Below are positions 38,079 to 48,476 of a DNA stretch of 64,000 nt, in pieces; the first letter of the stretch is position 1; each line of letters starts with the position of its first letter. Source of the stretch: Candidatus Latescibacterota bacterium (GTDB taxonomy: Bacteria; Latescibacterota; UBA2968; UBA8231); contig CBDFJF010000001.1 in the NCBI GenBank assembly GCA_965248265.1, positions 1,984,001 through 2,048,000 of the forward strand. Reading direction: 5' to 3'. The notes below the pieces were generated by a model that worked only from the letters and a program-made list of their open reading frames with translations, did no database searches and had not been told where the DNA came from. A program made the translations under genes and the position numbers.

Positions 38079-38861
38079 TTATTCCCGATCGATGTCTCGG
38101 AGCCGGTCTCTCAGTCGTGCGGCGAGCTCGAACTTCTCTTCCTCGACTGCAGCCTGCAGATCCACCAGCAGTTTTTCCTGAGGACTCCGGGGCCGGTTGT
38201 CCTCCACCTCTTTCTCCCAATCCCTGAGGAACTTGAGTTCGGGGCAATCGCCGTCAACAGCCTCCAACTCGTCCTGGGCAACCAGTATCTCTTCTATCTC
38301 AGCAATCCCTGTGCTGATTACCCGCAGAGCCTGCTCGTGCTGTTCGTGCTCGAGCGCGGCGAGTGCCCGAGCCTGGATGCGATGGGAGGTGACGAAGATC
38401 CGGTACTGGTCGGCAATCTGGCGATCTTCGTCGTGCTCTGCGTAATCCTGGCACATGTCCAGGATAGACAGGTTGTGTTCGGCGTCCTCCTGAGCCCGCG
38501 CATACTCCTTCAACTCGAAGAAGCTGATCCGGCGCCAGTAGTACTGCATCGCTTCCTGACTGAGAGCCCAGCAGTCTTCGCGCGACAGGGTAAAGGGTGT
38601 GCCATTCACTTTTGTCTGTTCATGATCGCGATGCAGTTCGGTAAAATGATCGAGCAGGGAGGTCCGATCGTGCGGTTGAGTACCGTCAGGCCGGCCTGAC
38701 CATTCCAGCTGCATCAAACCCAGATCCATGCGGATTTGAATCTTTTTTTCTTTATCGTGCCCCTCGATGGTCCGGACCTTGAGCTGACCCGGCTGGTAAT
38801 CCCAGTCTTCGAGGATTTGGCTGATGTCTTCGGATAAAGTTCGCATAGTCGGAACGACCAT
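38079..38861 (-). CDS. UVR (UvrB/UvrC) motif-containing hypothetical protein, paralogue 1
   Basis: C-terminal LQAAVEEEKFELAARLRD; N-terminal KIQIR.D.G..Q...GRPDG. Confidence 0.8.
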   Translation of the reverse strand: MVVPTMRTLSEDISQILEDWDYQPGQLKVRTIEGHDKEKKIQIRMDLGLMQLEWSGRPDGTQPHDRTSLLDHFTELHRDHEQTKVNGTPFTLSREDCWALSQEAMQYYWRRISFFELKEYARAQEDAEHNLSILDMCQDYAEHDEDRQIADQYRIFVTSHRIQARALAALEHEQHEQALRVISTGIAEIEEILVAQDELEAVDGDCPELKFLRDWEKEVEDNRPRSPQEKLLVDLQAAVEEEKFELAARLRDRLRDIDRE

Positions 38862-38903
38862 CAGTTCGTGGCGGCGGTCGTCAATACAATAATGGAGCGG
38901 CGA

Positions 38904-38932
38904 ATAATACAGGGGCCGATCCGGGATGTCAA
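38904..38932 (-). promoter_or_regulatory. sigma70 promoter for UVR paralogue 1
   Basis: TTGACA-17 bp-TATTAT on the minus strand. Confidence 0.7.
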
Positions 38933-38942
38933 TCTTGTATTT

Positions 38943-39851
38943 TCAATTTTCCGGCTGGAGCTGATTCTCCGTGGTTATTTCCTCCACGATCGCGAGTAAC
39001 TCCTGTCGCAGAGACGGCGTCGTCTGCTTGGTTCTGATCTGAGTTTCAATGACCGGCAGGGCGTCCTCACCCACTCCGACCAGAGACTGATGGGCCAGCT
39101 GTCTTTCTTCGGGGGTAAAGTTTCTGCGCTGTGGGGCCGGCCCGACATCCGGACCGAACATCCCGATCGGGGACCCGCCACGGCCACCCAATCCCCCCAG
39201 GCCTGAACCCAGCGTCGGATCGTCGAAAAACTGGGGAGGTAGTCGCAGAGAATCCTGCTGCGAAAACCAGGGATTCTCTTCGCCGGTGAATATCCCACGC
39301 ATGCCTCTGCGCTCCTGCTGCAAAGTCAGGATGTCGTAGTACTGTAACGCGGCCACCAGTATTTCGGCTGCCTTGGGGCCGCCCAGCTGCGAGATGACCG
39401 GCCAGGTGGCCAGGCGCAGGTCGACGTATTCGTCACCGAGGGACCGATCCATCAGTCGTCCCATCGGTTCGACGGCGCTGCGGTCGCCGATCTTACCCAG
39501 AGCAACCACAGCTTCTTCCTTGAAGGTCGTCCGCTTTTCATAGGAATGAAGCGCGCCGATCAGCGCGGGGACCGCGACCGGATCGCCGATCTCGCCCAGC
39601 GCCCGCGCTGCGCTGCGCCGGGTTCCGTAGGGATAATCCGGACGGGAGATGATCTCTATCAATTTCTTAAGCGCGCTCGCGCGCTCCTTCTCGTCACCCG
39701 CTTCGTATTTCTTCTGAAGGTTGGAGACGTTGCTGCAACCGACTCCACTCGCACACATCGCTGCAAACACAAGTATCCCCATTGCCAGGCGCAGCCCTAG
39801 CGCTTGCCGCCCTCTCGAGTGCTGTGGATATTCAGTTCCCTGTCGTGTCAT
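38943..39851 (-). CDS. HEAT-repeat putative lipoprotein
   Basis: Hydrophobic stretch ending GVGC (lipobox-like); AARALGEIGD..AVPALI and AVVALGKIGD repeats. Start uncertain. Confidence 0.7.
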   Translation of the reverse strand: MTRQGTEYPQHSRGRQALGLRLAMGILVFAAMCASGVGCSNVSNLQKKYEAGDEKERASALKKLIEIISRPDYPYGTRRSAARALGEIGDPVAVPALIGALHSYEKRTTFKEEAVVALGKIGDRSAVEPMGRLMDRSLGDEYVDLRLATWPVISQLGGPKAAEILVAALQYYDILTLQQERRGMRGIFTGEENPWFSQQDSLRLPPQFFDDPTLGSGLGGLGGRGGSPIGMFGPDVGPAPQRRNFTPEERQLAHQSLVGVGEDALPVIETQIRTKQTTPSLRQELLAIVEEITTENQLQPEN

Positions 39852-39918
39852 CTCAATGGAGTACCCCGTTGGAGCACCGTGCTGTTTGCGGGCGCGTAAA
39901 AGAAAGAACACTCTCGCT

Positions 39919-40731
39919 TTGACTCAGATTCAGCCCCATGACCGCCAACCGATTGCTGGTGTAAAAGATACGTGGGCGGTATCCAGCGGCAAGGGCGGTG
40001 TGGGCAAATCCACCCTGTGTGCCAATCTCGCCGTCGCCCTCGCTGCTCACCCTCTTCGGGTCGGCCTCATGGACACGGATATTTACGGGCCCAACATCCC
40101 CGGCATGCTCGGTCTGGACGCCACGAAACCGGAGGTCGACGAGCAGTCCGGTCGCATTCTGCCGCGCGAGGCGATGGGGGTACGCTGCATATCGATGGGC
40201 ATGCTCATCGACCCGGGAGTCCCCGTCATCTGGCGCGGCCCCATGCTGGCCAAAATGATCAACCAGTTCCTGTTCCAGGTCGCTTGGGGAGAACTTGACC
40301 TTCTGTTGCTGGACCTTCCTCCCGGCACCGGGGATGTGCAGATTTCGCTGACCCAGAGCGCCCCATTGACGGGTTCCGTCATCGTCACAACACCTTCTGA
40401 GATTGCTCTGGAAGATGTGCGCCGCGGTGTACAGATGTTCCGCCAAACAGAGGTTCCCATTCTCGGACTGGTCGAGAACATGAGCCACTTCATCTGTGAC
40501 AACTGCCAGGGATCCAGCGCGATTTTCGGGGAGGGCGGGGGGCAACGGACAGCCGAGCACTTCGACATTCCCTTCATTGGCCAGCTTCCTCTCGATGCTC
40601 GTGTACGAGAATGCGCTGATGGCGGCGCACCGATCGTCAGCGCCTTTCCGGAGTCACCGGCCGCCATCGCCGTTCGAGAAATTGCCAACAGCTTGTTGGC
40701 GCGGGCGGAGTCGCTGGAGCCCGCTTCGTGA
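39919..40731 (+). CDS. mrp: Mrp/NBP35 (ApbC) Fe-S cluster carrier ATPase
   Basis: SGKGGVGKS, DIYGP, WRGPM, DLPPGTGD, ENMS..CDNC. TTG start inferred. Confidence 0.9.
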   Translation: MTQIQPHDRQPIAGVKDTWAVSSGKGGVGKSTLCANLAVALAAHPLRVGLMDTDIYGPNIPGMLGLDATKPEVDEQSGRILPREAMGVRCISMGMLIDPGVPVIWRGPMLAKMINQFLFQVAWGELDLLLLDLPPGTGDVQISLTQSAPLTGSVIVTTPSEIALEDVRRGVQMFRQTEVPILGLVENMSHFICDNCQGSSAIFGEGGGQRTAEHFDIPFIGQLPLDARVRECADGGAPIVSAFPESPAAIAVREIANSLLARAESLEPAS

Positions 40732-41552
40732 GCAAGAGACCTATCAAGGCCTACCGCGACGCGAGGTTCATGTCCAGCCCTGATGCGCGCACACTGCGCA
40801 TGCTGGCTGAGTACGTCGAGCCCGAGAGCCGGTTCTGTAACCAGGGCATCGACCGCACCATCGTCTTCTTCGGATCGGCACGCGCCCTTCCCCTGGAAGC
40901 GGCCACGGCTGCTCTCGCCCAGGCTCGCGAGACCGGCGTCGATGGCGCCGCGTTGGATACCCTCGAGATGCAGTTGCAGTTAGCACGCTATTATGAAGAC
41001 GCACGCTCACTGTCGGCTCTGCTGACCCGCTGGGCGCTGGAAACGACCACGGAAAGCGGAGAGCCATTCGTCATATGTTCAGGTGGAGGGCCCGGAATCA
41101 TGGAAGCCTGCAACCGGGGTGCATCGGAAGCTGGCGGACGCTCCATAGGCCTCAACATCAGCCTGCCGGCAGAGCAGGAGCCCAATCCTTACATCACCGA
41201 TGAGCTCAATCTGGATTTCCATTACTTCTTCATGCGCAAGCTCTGGTTCGTGCAGCTGGCCTGCGCCGCCGTGGTCTTTCCGGGTGGGTACGGCACCCTG
41301 GACGAGCTCGCCGAGCTGCTGACGCTGATACAGACAGGCCGCTCCAGCGGCATGCCGGTAGTGCTGTACGGCAGCCAGTACTGGGAGGAGGTGCTCAACT
41401 TCGAGGCATTGGAGCGCTGGGGCACGATCGAGGCGCGGGATCTGGAACTCATCCACCGGTGCGATACACCCGAAGACGCTTTCTCCTACCTGAAATCGAG
41501 TCTCGAATCAGAGCTGACGCCATCCGAGGCTTCATCGAAGCCGACTCCGTAG
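40728..41552 (+). CDS. LOG family protein (long, type II-like)
   Basis: FFGSAR, GGGPGIME, HYFFMRK, PGGYGTLDE. Confidence 0.9.
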   Translation: MSKRPIKAYRDARFMSSPDARTLRMLAEYVEPESRFCNQGIDRTIVFFGSARALPLEAATAALAQARETGVDGAALDTLEMQLQLARYYEDARSLSALLTRWALETTTESGEPFVICSGGGPGIMEACNRGASEAGGRSIGLNISLPAEQEPNPYITDELNLDFHYFFMRKLWFVQLACAAVVFPGGYGTLDELAELLTLIQTGRSSGMPVVLYGSQYWEEVLNFEALERWGTIEARDLELIHRCDTPEDAFSYLKSSLESELTPSEASSKPTP

Positions 41553-41558
41553 ATCTGC

Positions 41559-44003
41559 CTAGTCGACGGTGAACCGGGAGGTGCCCGTCGCTTCATTGCC
41601 ACATCGATCCGTCACCTTCACGACGAGCTCGTGAACGCCGGGTCGCTGAGGTTCATTGCTGCTGAATTCGACCAGATCGGCATCTGGGTCATAGACGCTG
41701 ATCAATCGCTGGCCGTCCAACAGCATCACGATATCCTCTTCCAGCCCGATACCTGAATCCTCATCCTTGATCGAGGCACTGAGCTTCAGCCCCGTCGCGG
41801 ACACCCTCGCTCCGTCAGCAGGTTGCATCTGACTGATCTCGGGGGGACGACGATCTGCTCGCAAGGCGTACTGCCGCCCAAAGCTGCGGACACGAGCCAA
41901 CACGTAGCGCTCCTCTCTCTCCGGCGCGAACTCGCGGCCGGCAAATGCCCACTCGCCATCACCGCTGTGATCGACGTACACAGCCATTTTTTCCGCATCC
42001 TCGATCTCATCGGGGATGCGGATTGCGATGGAAACCTTGTGGTTGAAGGTCACGCCGGCCGGTCCGAAGCGATAGGCGGCATCGAAGGTCGGGGCACCGG
42101 TGTCAACCGTGGGAGTTGGTACCCGTATTTGCTCAGATTGAGGATATACGGTCTCGTAGACGCTCCCCCTTGGAAAAGACAGGCGGGTCGCTCCTCCGTG
42201 GAATGACACAACGGCCGCAGACGCCGCATCAACCGGCGTTGCGCTCAATACGGTCGTCCGCAAGAGGCGCGCCCCGGTGTCCGCGCCTTTCGCTTCGATG
42301 GCGATGGAAAGCGCGTCGGCTTCAACTGGCGTGGGAGTGGCTGATCCCTGCACGGGACCTGAAGGGGTGAATTCATTCACAGGCGTCTTGAATCGAATGA
42401 CAGCGCGATACTCCGTCGGTCCGGTCTGCCTCAGCTCCCCCGTTGCCGCGTCGAATGGATGCCACAGCAACGCGGGAGGCCCCGTCATCGCCTGATCAGA
42501 CGCAATCCGGAGTTCGACGAAGTTCCGGAAATGCGTTTGCTCAATAGCCAGGTCCAATTCGGATTCTCCTCGCCGCAGCCTGTTGGCAGCAATTTCTCCC
42601 GTGGCATGTGTACGAAATGCTCGAGCACCGGTGCTATCTTCGACACTCAGGCGGACCATCCGGCCGGATTTCGGCAGGGGCCAGGTAAAGGGGCCGGAGT
42701 CGGCCGACAAGGTCTGCGTCGAATGCCCTTTCCAGCTGTCGCCGGCATCGGCCAGCGCCAGTGTTACCGTGAGCAGGTCGTCGTCTGCATCGCTGAGCTC
42801 CGCCTCCAGAAAATCGCCCTCTTTCTCGTGCACTATGCGACTGCTGACGATCCGCGGTGGTGAGTCCACGACGAAACCCACTCGGGCCGCACGCGAATTC
42901 CCTGCCGCGTCGAAGGCAACGACCTCTACAGTGTGCTTGCCCTTGTGAAGGATGGCTGCAGAGGTCGGCGTGGGCGATTCGTCTTGTGATCCACAAAAGA
43001 GCACGCCTTCAATCAGATTACTGCTCAGATTACTGCCCGCTGTCGACGGGCTTGTTTGTTTGCTGCGATAAAACCTTAGTCTGTTCCCAGGTCGTCGAAA
43101 CAGAGCGGCATACGTTCCCTTTGGTCCTAGCCGCAGCCGGTCCATGTTGGCCTGGAAAGCATCACTGTAAGCGAACTGCTCATAGGTCGACGACAGGATA
43201 AACACGCCATCGACCCGCAGGTCGGTGCGGTAGGGCGCCATGCGGTTGTCGGCGAGATCGGCTCGGTCGTGCCCGCGTACAGCGATACCGATGTGACCGA
43301 AGACGATGGGCGTGGAGGCGCTGCGGTACAACTGGCGCTCGCCGTCCCAGCGCAGATCCACGGTGACTGGGTTGTGATAGCCGCCGACGGTGCTTTGGGG
43401 GCCCAACGGCACGAACGCGATGCTACGGATCGTCGGCGGGGTCGTGTCGCGAACCTGAAAACCGTGTGATAGTGGATTGACGGGGACGTTGTCGCTATTC
43501 CGAAGTTCCAGATGAAGATGCGGCGGCCCGGCCCCACTCTTGCCGCTCCAGGCGATCACCTGCCCTCTGTCGATGGTGATCTCGCCCTCTTCGAGCCACA
43601 GATCGGTTGTGTACCGTTGGCTATGCTGTTGGGCTTGTTCGACGCGCGTTGCCAGTGGTTCGGAGAAAGCCTGCAAATGCGCGTACACCGCGATGCGGCC
43701 ATCTCTCAATCGCTGATAGAGCGCCCGTCCGTACCCCCACGGAGATGTGCGCACCCGCATGACGTGTCCGTCGGCGAGCGCTCTCACCTCGTAACCGGTC
43801 TTGCCCCAGGTCTTGAGATCGATGCCGGCGTGGAAGGCGGCCGGTGGGGCGTTGCCTGGCGGACGGGTCTCCCCGAATGTCGAAGACAGGGCACGTTCCA
43901 ACGGTAGGGGCCAGACGTAATCGGACTCTGCTGCCCCCGCCTGTGTCAGTAAGAAAAGGAGTATGCAAAGGGGGGCACAGGCAGTATCAGACGACGTCAT
44001 CAT
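41559..44003 (-). CDS. M23 family metallopeptidase with C-terminal Ig-like domains
   Basis: FHAGIDLKT (HxxxD), YAHL, PHLHLE; signal peptide. Confidence 0.85.
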   Translation of the reverse strand: MMTSSDTACAPLCILLFLLTQAGAAESDYVWPLPLERALSSTFGETRPPGNAPPAAFHAGIDLKTWGKTGYEVRALADGHVMRVRTSPWGYGRALYQRLRDGRIAVYAHLQAFSEPLATRVEQAQQHSQRYTTDLWLEEGEITIDRGQVIAWSGKSGAGPPHLHLELRNSDNVPVNPLSHGFQVRDTTPPTIRSIAFVPLGPQSTVGGYHNPVTVDLRWDGERQLYRSASTPIVFGHIGIAVRGHDRADLADNRMAPYRTDLRVDGVFILSSTYEQFAYSDAFQANMDRLRLGPKGTYAALFRRPGNRLRFYRSKQTSPSTAGSNLSSNLIEGVLFCGSQDESPTPTSAAILHKGKHTVEVVAFDAAGNSRAARVGFVVDSPPRIVSSRIVHEKEGDFLEAELSDADDDLLTVTLALADAGDSWKGHSTQTLSADSGPFTWPLPKSGRMVRLSVEDSTGARAFRTHATGEIAANRLRRGESELDLAIEQTHFRNFVELRIASDQAMTGPPALLWHPFDAATGELRQTGPTEYRAVIRFKTPVNEFTPSGPVQGSATPTPVEADALSIAIEAKGADTGARLLRTTVLSATPVDAASAAVVSFHGGATRLSFPRGSVYETVYPQSEQIRVPTPTVDTGAPTFDAAYRFGPAGVTFNHKVSIAIRIPDEIEDAEKMAVYVDHSGDGEWAFAGREFAPEREERYVLARVRSFGRQYALRADRRPPEISQMQPADGARVSATGLKLSASIKDEDSGIGLEEDIVMLLDGQRLISVYDPDADLVEFSSNEPQRPGVHELVVKVTDRCGNEATGTSRFTVD

Positions 44004-44012
44004 GCCTGGGGG

Positions 44013-44696
44013 TTATTCAGCTGCGATTGTTCCGTTCGGATAAGTCTTGAGATCGATGCTCTGACCGTTCACCGATATGTAATAATGAGGTTGTTCGGTC
44101 CAGGCACCGGTATTGAGGTAACGCCGGCCATCGAGTTCGATTTCCGTGGCGGCATGCGTGTGGCCGCAGGTCACGACCTCGAAGTCCTGGGCCTGCGCAA
44201 TCTGCAGAGCCTTGCCGGCGACGTGATGGTTGAGCACGCGGTAGAGGAAGTCCCATTTCTTGGCGTACTCGGCGACGTGAACGTCGGGAAATCCGACCAG
44301 GACGAGTACCCGGTGCAGGAGCTTGAAGAGGTGCCTGAAAATCGGATAGCGCGGCATGACGCCGTCGAGATAGTCGCCATGTACGGCCAACAGGCGACGC
44401 CCGATCTCCCACCGCTGCTCGAAGCGGATCTTGCCAGAATCATCCAGCTCGACGTTTCGATCATGATTGCCCAGGATCCATATGATCGATCGTTTGTGCG
44501 ACTCATCCCGCAGACGATCCAGCACCCGGGTGTGCTCGGCGCTCAATGGAATGTCCGGATCGTCGAGGACATCCCCGTTGAGGACGAGTCGTGCCCCCTC
44601 GGGTAACGAGTCCAACCAGGACAGAAAATTTCCCTGGCAGAAATGCTCGTTGCCCAGATGTAGGTCACTGACAATGTAGGTGTGGGTTGGGTCCAT
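44013..44696 (-). CDS. calcineurin-like metallophosphoesterase (LpxH-like)
   Basis: SDLHLG, NGD, GNHD, HGD, CGHTH, NTGAW. Confidence 0.8.
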   Translation of the reverse strand: MDPTHTYIVSDLHLGNEHFCQGNFLSWLDSLPEGARLVLNGDVLDDPDIPLSAEHTRVLDRLRDESHKRSIIWILGNHDRNVELDDSGKIRFEQRWEIGRRLLAVHGDYLDGVMPRYPIFRHLFKLLHRVLVLVGFPDVHVAEYAKKWDFLYRVLNHHVAGKALQIAQAQDFEVVTCGHTHAATEIELDGRRYLNTGAWTEQPHYYISVNGQSIDLKTYPNGTIAAE

Positions 44697-44755
44697 CCCG
44701 GCTTACTGCGCGGTGGGCGCTTATATTCTGCGGTCGTCGTCGATCTCGCACTTTT

Positions 44756-44787
44756 CCAGAAACATCATCAGCCAGAAACATCATCAG
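44756..44787 (+). repeat. 16-bp perfect tandem direct repeat
   Basis: CCAGAAACATCATCAG x2 in the divergent intergenic region. Confidence 0.8.
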
Positions 44788-44796
44788 AACGTCTAG

Positions 44797-46415
44797 ATGA
44801 ATAACGCCACGTATCCGGAAATCCGCAAAGCAGAGTTCGAACCGGTTGCTCTCCCCCACGAAGAGCGACGCGAACAGCTGTTGCGCCACCTGGAGAGGTT
44901 GTTGCCGGAGGCCACACAGGCTGGCGCCTTTCGCGAGGGCATGATGACTGAGCCAGCGGCGGCGATACGGCTCAATACCCTGATGCCGGCGTTCGGAAAG
45001 CTCGGCGACCTCCTGCGTCGCTGTGCCACGGCAGTACCATGGTGTAGGGACGCCTTCGTGCTTGCTGAAACCGAACGCCAGTGCGGCAGCACCCTCGAGC
45101 ACGCCCTTGGAGCCGTGTACATGCAGGCCAAGGCAACGACGCTGGCGGTCGAGGCGTTGGACCCGCAACCGGGCGAACGGATCCTCGACATGGCGGCAGC
45201 ACCGGGTGGCAAGGCGACGCAGATCGCCGCCCGTCTGGGCAACACGGGTCTGCTGGTGGCCAATGAGCCTCGACGGCGACGGATTCCGGCACTGGTCGGC
45301 AACCTGGAACGCTGCGGGGTACACTGTGCCGCGGTCACCCGGGCTCCGGGGACACTGCTGGCCCGTCAATTCCACAACTACTTCGATCGAGTGTTGCTGG
45401 ATGCGCCGTGCAGCGGCGACGGCATTCTCTGCAAGAACCGGGGCATGCTGCGCTACTGGTCCGTTGAAGACGCCCGCAACAAGAGTCACGAACAGACGGG
45501 ATTGATCAGGGCGGCCTTCCACACCCTGCGCCCCGGGGGCACCCTGGTGTACTCGACCTGCTCGCTGTCAACGGAAGAGAACGAGGAAGTCCTGCGGGGG
45601 TTGATACACCGTTACGGCGACCTCGTGGAACTGCTGCCGGTGTCTGGCGTCGAGGAATCGGGAAGATTATCAGAGGAAATCGCCAAGCAATATCCGCCAT
45701 TATTCAGACACGCGGCCAGGGTCTGGCCGCACCTGCACCACACCGAGGGGGCCTTCGTGGCACGGATTCGCAAGCTTGGCCCAACTGAATGGCGCCACCG
45801 GCAACCTGAGACTGTGGCGGGGGGGATATTGAGGCGACGGCCGGACAGGATGGAGGTGAATCGCTCGCCGGACCCACGGGTGTTTCGACGATTAGATCAC
45901 CTTCACGGCAGTCGAACGAGGGAGGTGTCCGCATAGTGGGCGTCGAGGGCCAGAGGTACATCGAAGAGCATTGGGGATTCCAGGTACCAGTACCGGCGGA
46001 TCAGCAGATCGCCCAGAATGGCCGCGATTTGCAACTGCTGCCGCGAGAAGCGGACTCCCTCAAGGACCAGCTCGGATCCATGTTCGTGCGCGCCGGGATG
46101 CGTGTGGCCAACCTCCACAAGGGACACTACTACCTCACCCAGCAAGCGATCGCCATGTGGAGTCACCTCATGTCATCCCCCCGATTGGTCGACCTGACTT
46201 GGGCGCAGACTCAAGCTTTGTTCAGGCACGAATCCATCCAACTTGAGAGGCCTCAGGTGCTCGGAGAAGTGATCTGTTGGCATGACTCCTGGCCCCTGTG
46301 CCGTGGGATCCTGAGGGGCGAAAACAACCTCGAGAGCTTTTTGCCACGTTCGCTTCGAGGCATTGATGTGCGCCGGCTGGTACCTGAGCCCTCCGGGAAT
46401 CGATCCGCTGACTGA
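44797..46415 (+). CDS. RsmF/RsmB (NOL1/NOP2/sun) m5C RNA methyltransferase, split by an apparent frameshift
   Basis: DMAAAPGGK, DAPCSG, YSTCS in ORF 44797-45936. The downstream ORF 45936-46415 frame is open back to 45810 and joins across the G7 run at 45819-45825. Confidence 0.75.
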
Positions 46416-47569
46416 TGGGTGGCATAGCGCTGAGGTTGCTGGCTTCGGGGATGATGCTGCCGGCGATTACAACCATCGTCAGTGGCGATGATGCTCTCAC
46501 CTCTTCCCGGGAGGGCGTCCCGAATCTCTCGCAAGCGTCAATAGAGCGAGCCCCGGCACAACGGAACATCCCCCCGCCTGTGTGGCAGAAAGGTATCACC
46601 TACACACACCTCTACCACCCCAGCGACAATCTGCTCTCCAGGCGCTCGCGTCTCTCCCTCGAGCACATCCGCTCGCGGCTGCACGCCGAGTGGATCGCCC
46701 TGAATCCATTCGGATACCAGTCCGGAATCAGCGACCCTCATGTCTACCACGGCGACGACCCACCCGACCCCCACTTGCTGCATGCCATTAGAGAGGCGCA
46801 CCAGCTTGGCCTGAAGGTGATGCTCAAGCCTCACATCTGGTTGCGCCGGGCCAGTTCCGACGATTGGCGTGGAGTAATTGCCATGAACACGGAGGAGGAC
46901 TGGCAGTCCTGGTTCGCCGACTACGGCAAGTTCATCCTCCACTACGCCGCCATGGCTGAGCGTGAAAATGTCGCCCTCTTTTGCGTCGGCGTGGAGCTCT
47001 CGCGCACGGCGATCGAGCGCGAGGCGGACTGGAGAGACTTGATCACCCGGATTCGGCAGCGCTATTCCGGCCCGATCGTCTACGCCGCCAACTGGTGGGG
47101 AGAGTACGACCGCGTCGCCTTCTGGGACGCCGTAGACTATATCGGCATCAACGCATTTTTCCCGCTGACCGATCGAGCGGACCCGTCTCTGGCCGAACTG
47201 CGTGCCGGCGCCGAGGCTGTCGCTGACCAGATCGCGCTGGTCCAGCGCGCGGCCAACAAACCCGTCATCTTCACCGAAGTCGGATTCAAAAGTATCACGG
47301 GTACCAGTGTGCGCCCCTGGGAGTGGCCGCGCCGTATCGAGCCTGCCATCAACTTGGAGGAACAGTCGAGGTGTTACCAGGCCGTGCTCGAGACGTTCTG
47401 GAACAGACCCTGGTTCTACGGCCTGTACTGGTGGAAGTGGTACAGCGACCTCAACCCCGGCGGCATCCATGATGGCGATTTTACCCCTCGCCGCAAGCCG
47501 GCCGAACAAGTGCTCTCCGAGTGGTATAGAAAACCGGTTGTGACCGTGAAAGCGGCTGCACCCAGGTAG
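46415..47569 (+). CDS. glycoside hydrolase family 113-like TIM barrel
   Basis: GLKVMLKPH, CVGVEL, YAANW, FWDAVDYIGINAFFPL, IFTEVGF. Confidence 0.8.
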   Translation: MGGIALRLLASGMMLPAITTIVSGDDALTSSREGVPNLSQASIERAPAQRNIPPPVWQKGITYTHLYHPSDNLLSRRSRLSLEHIRSRLHAEWIALNPFGYQSGISDPHVYHGDDPPDPHLLHAIREAHQLGLKVMLKPHIWLRRASSDDWRGVIAMNTEEDWQSWFADYGKFILHYAAMAERENVALFCVGVELSRTAIEREADWRDLITRIRQRYSGPIVYAANWWGEYDRVAFWDAVDYIGINAFFPLTDRADPSLAELRAGAEAVADQIALVQRAANKPVIFTEVGFKSITGTSVRPWEWPRRIEPAINLEEQSRCYQAVLETFWNRPWFYGLYWWKWYSDLNPGGIHDGDFTPRRKPAEQVLSEWYRKPVVTVKAAAPR

Positions 47570-47841
47570 AACGAGACCGACCACCAGACCTGCCAGAATA
47601 GCCTGCCAAAACCGACGTCGGAAATTCCTTCACCCGGTTTCGGAAACTTTTTCCCTTAGCTGAATGACGATTCGCGATAGCCCGACCCGCTTGCGCAACA
47701 TGTAGCGCAGTTACCGTTGGCGAGGGCAATATGAAGCGATCGATCCCAAGAAAACACATGTAGTACTACGTGCGTTTTCTTCATTGTTAGAAAATTTTAA
47801 CTAATTGTTAATACATATCTTACGCTTGGTATCACGAACTT

Positions 47842-47856
47842 TGGCACAGCCGTTGC
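47842..47856 (+). promoter_or_regulatory. sigma54 (-24/-12) promoter
   Basis: TGGCAC-AGCCG-TTGC, a near-perfect RpoN consensus, preceded by an AT-rich IHF-like tract. Confidence 0.8.
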
Positions 47857-47867
47857 GATACGAGGGC

Positions 47868-47975
47868 CAGACCAAACACTCCTCTGTTTGTTTGGGATCC
47901 GAAGGCAAGAACTCCCCTTCTGGTCTGTCTGTCTCTCCTCGCGCAGATGGAGCCTTCGGATCCCAGCTCTTTTCC
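47868..47975 (+). ncRNA. candidate sigma54-dependent structured small RNA/leader
   Basis: 14-bp perfect stem 47893-47906/47952-47965 plus three hairpins with CTCC-containing loops, starting at the predicted TSS. Confidence 0.55.
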
Positions 47976-48009
47976 CTGAGCAAAAAGACTAACCAGGACA
48001 GGAGCTGAT

Positions 48010-48225
48010 ATGATGGGACGTTCGGCAGGACACCTACGTAGCAGGCCACGGATGTACGTGATCGTGTTCATCACGTGTGCCATGCTCGCGCTCGTGCTTC
48101 AGTGGCTCGTTTCGGCGACCGGTGATCTGAGTACGTACGCAGATCGGAGAATCCAGTCTGCCGTGGATGAAGCAGTGCAATCGCAGGTGACGGAGGCTTC
48201 CAGGAACCTCGATCGCGGTAGATGA
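48010..48225 (+). CDS. small single-pass membrane protein
   Basis: AGGAG RBS; hydrophobic helix YVIVFITCAMLALVLQWLV. Confidence 0.6.
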   Translation: MMGRSAGHLRSRPRMYVIVFITCAMLALVLQWLVSATGDLSTYADRRIQSAVDEAVQSQVTEASRNLDRGR

Positions 48226-48284
48226 TCGGGTTCAGACAATCAGATGCACCCCTAACCAACCACACTAACCATATGAGGTGATCA

Positions 48285-48476
48285 GTGAATCTAAGATGGT
48301 ACAAATCCCAACTTGACCTGTTGCCGCCGGACAGCCGCAAGAGGTTGAGCAACCAGTTGCGCAGGGACATGCGAGTCGGCGGATTGCCTTCCAGGAGGGA
48401 GTGGCGTCAGACCATTCAGCAGGTGCTGGGCAGTTACCGACCGTCGATGAGCAGTCCTGTTACGTATTATCGGTAG
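48285..48476 (+). CDS. small basic hypothetical protein
   Basis: GAGGTG RBS before GTG start; 63 aa. Confidence 0.5.
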   Translation: MNLRWYKSQLDLLPPDSRKRLSNQLRRDMRVGGLPSRREWRQTIQQVLGSYRPSMSSPVTYYR

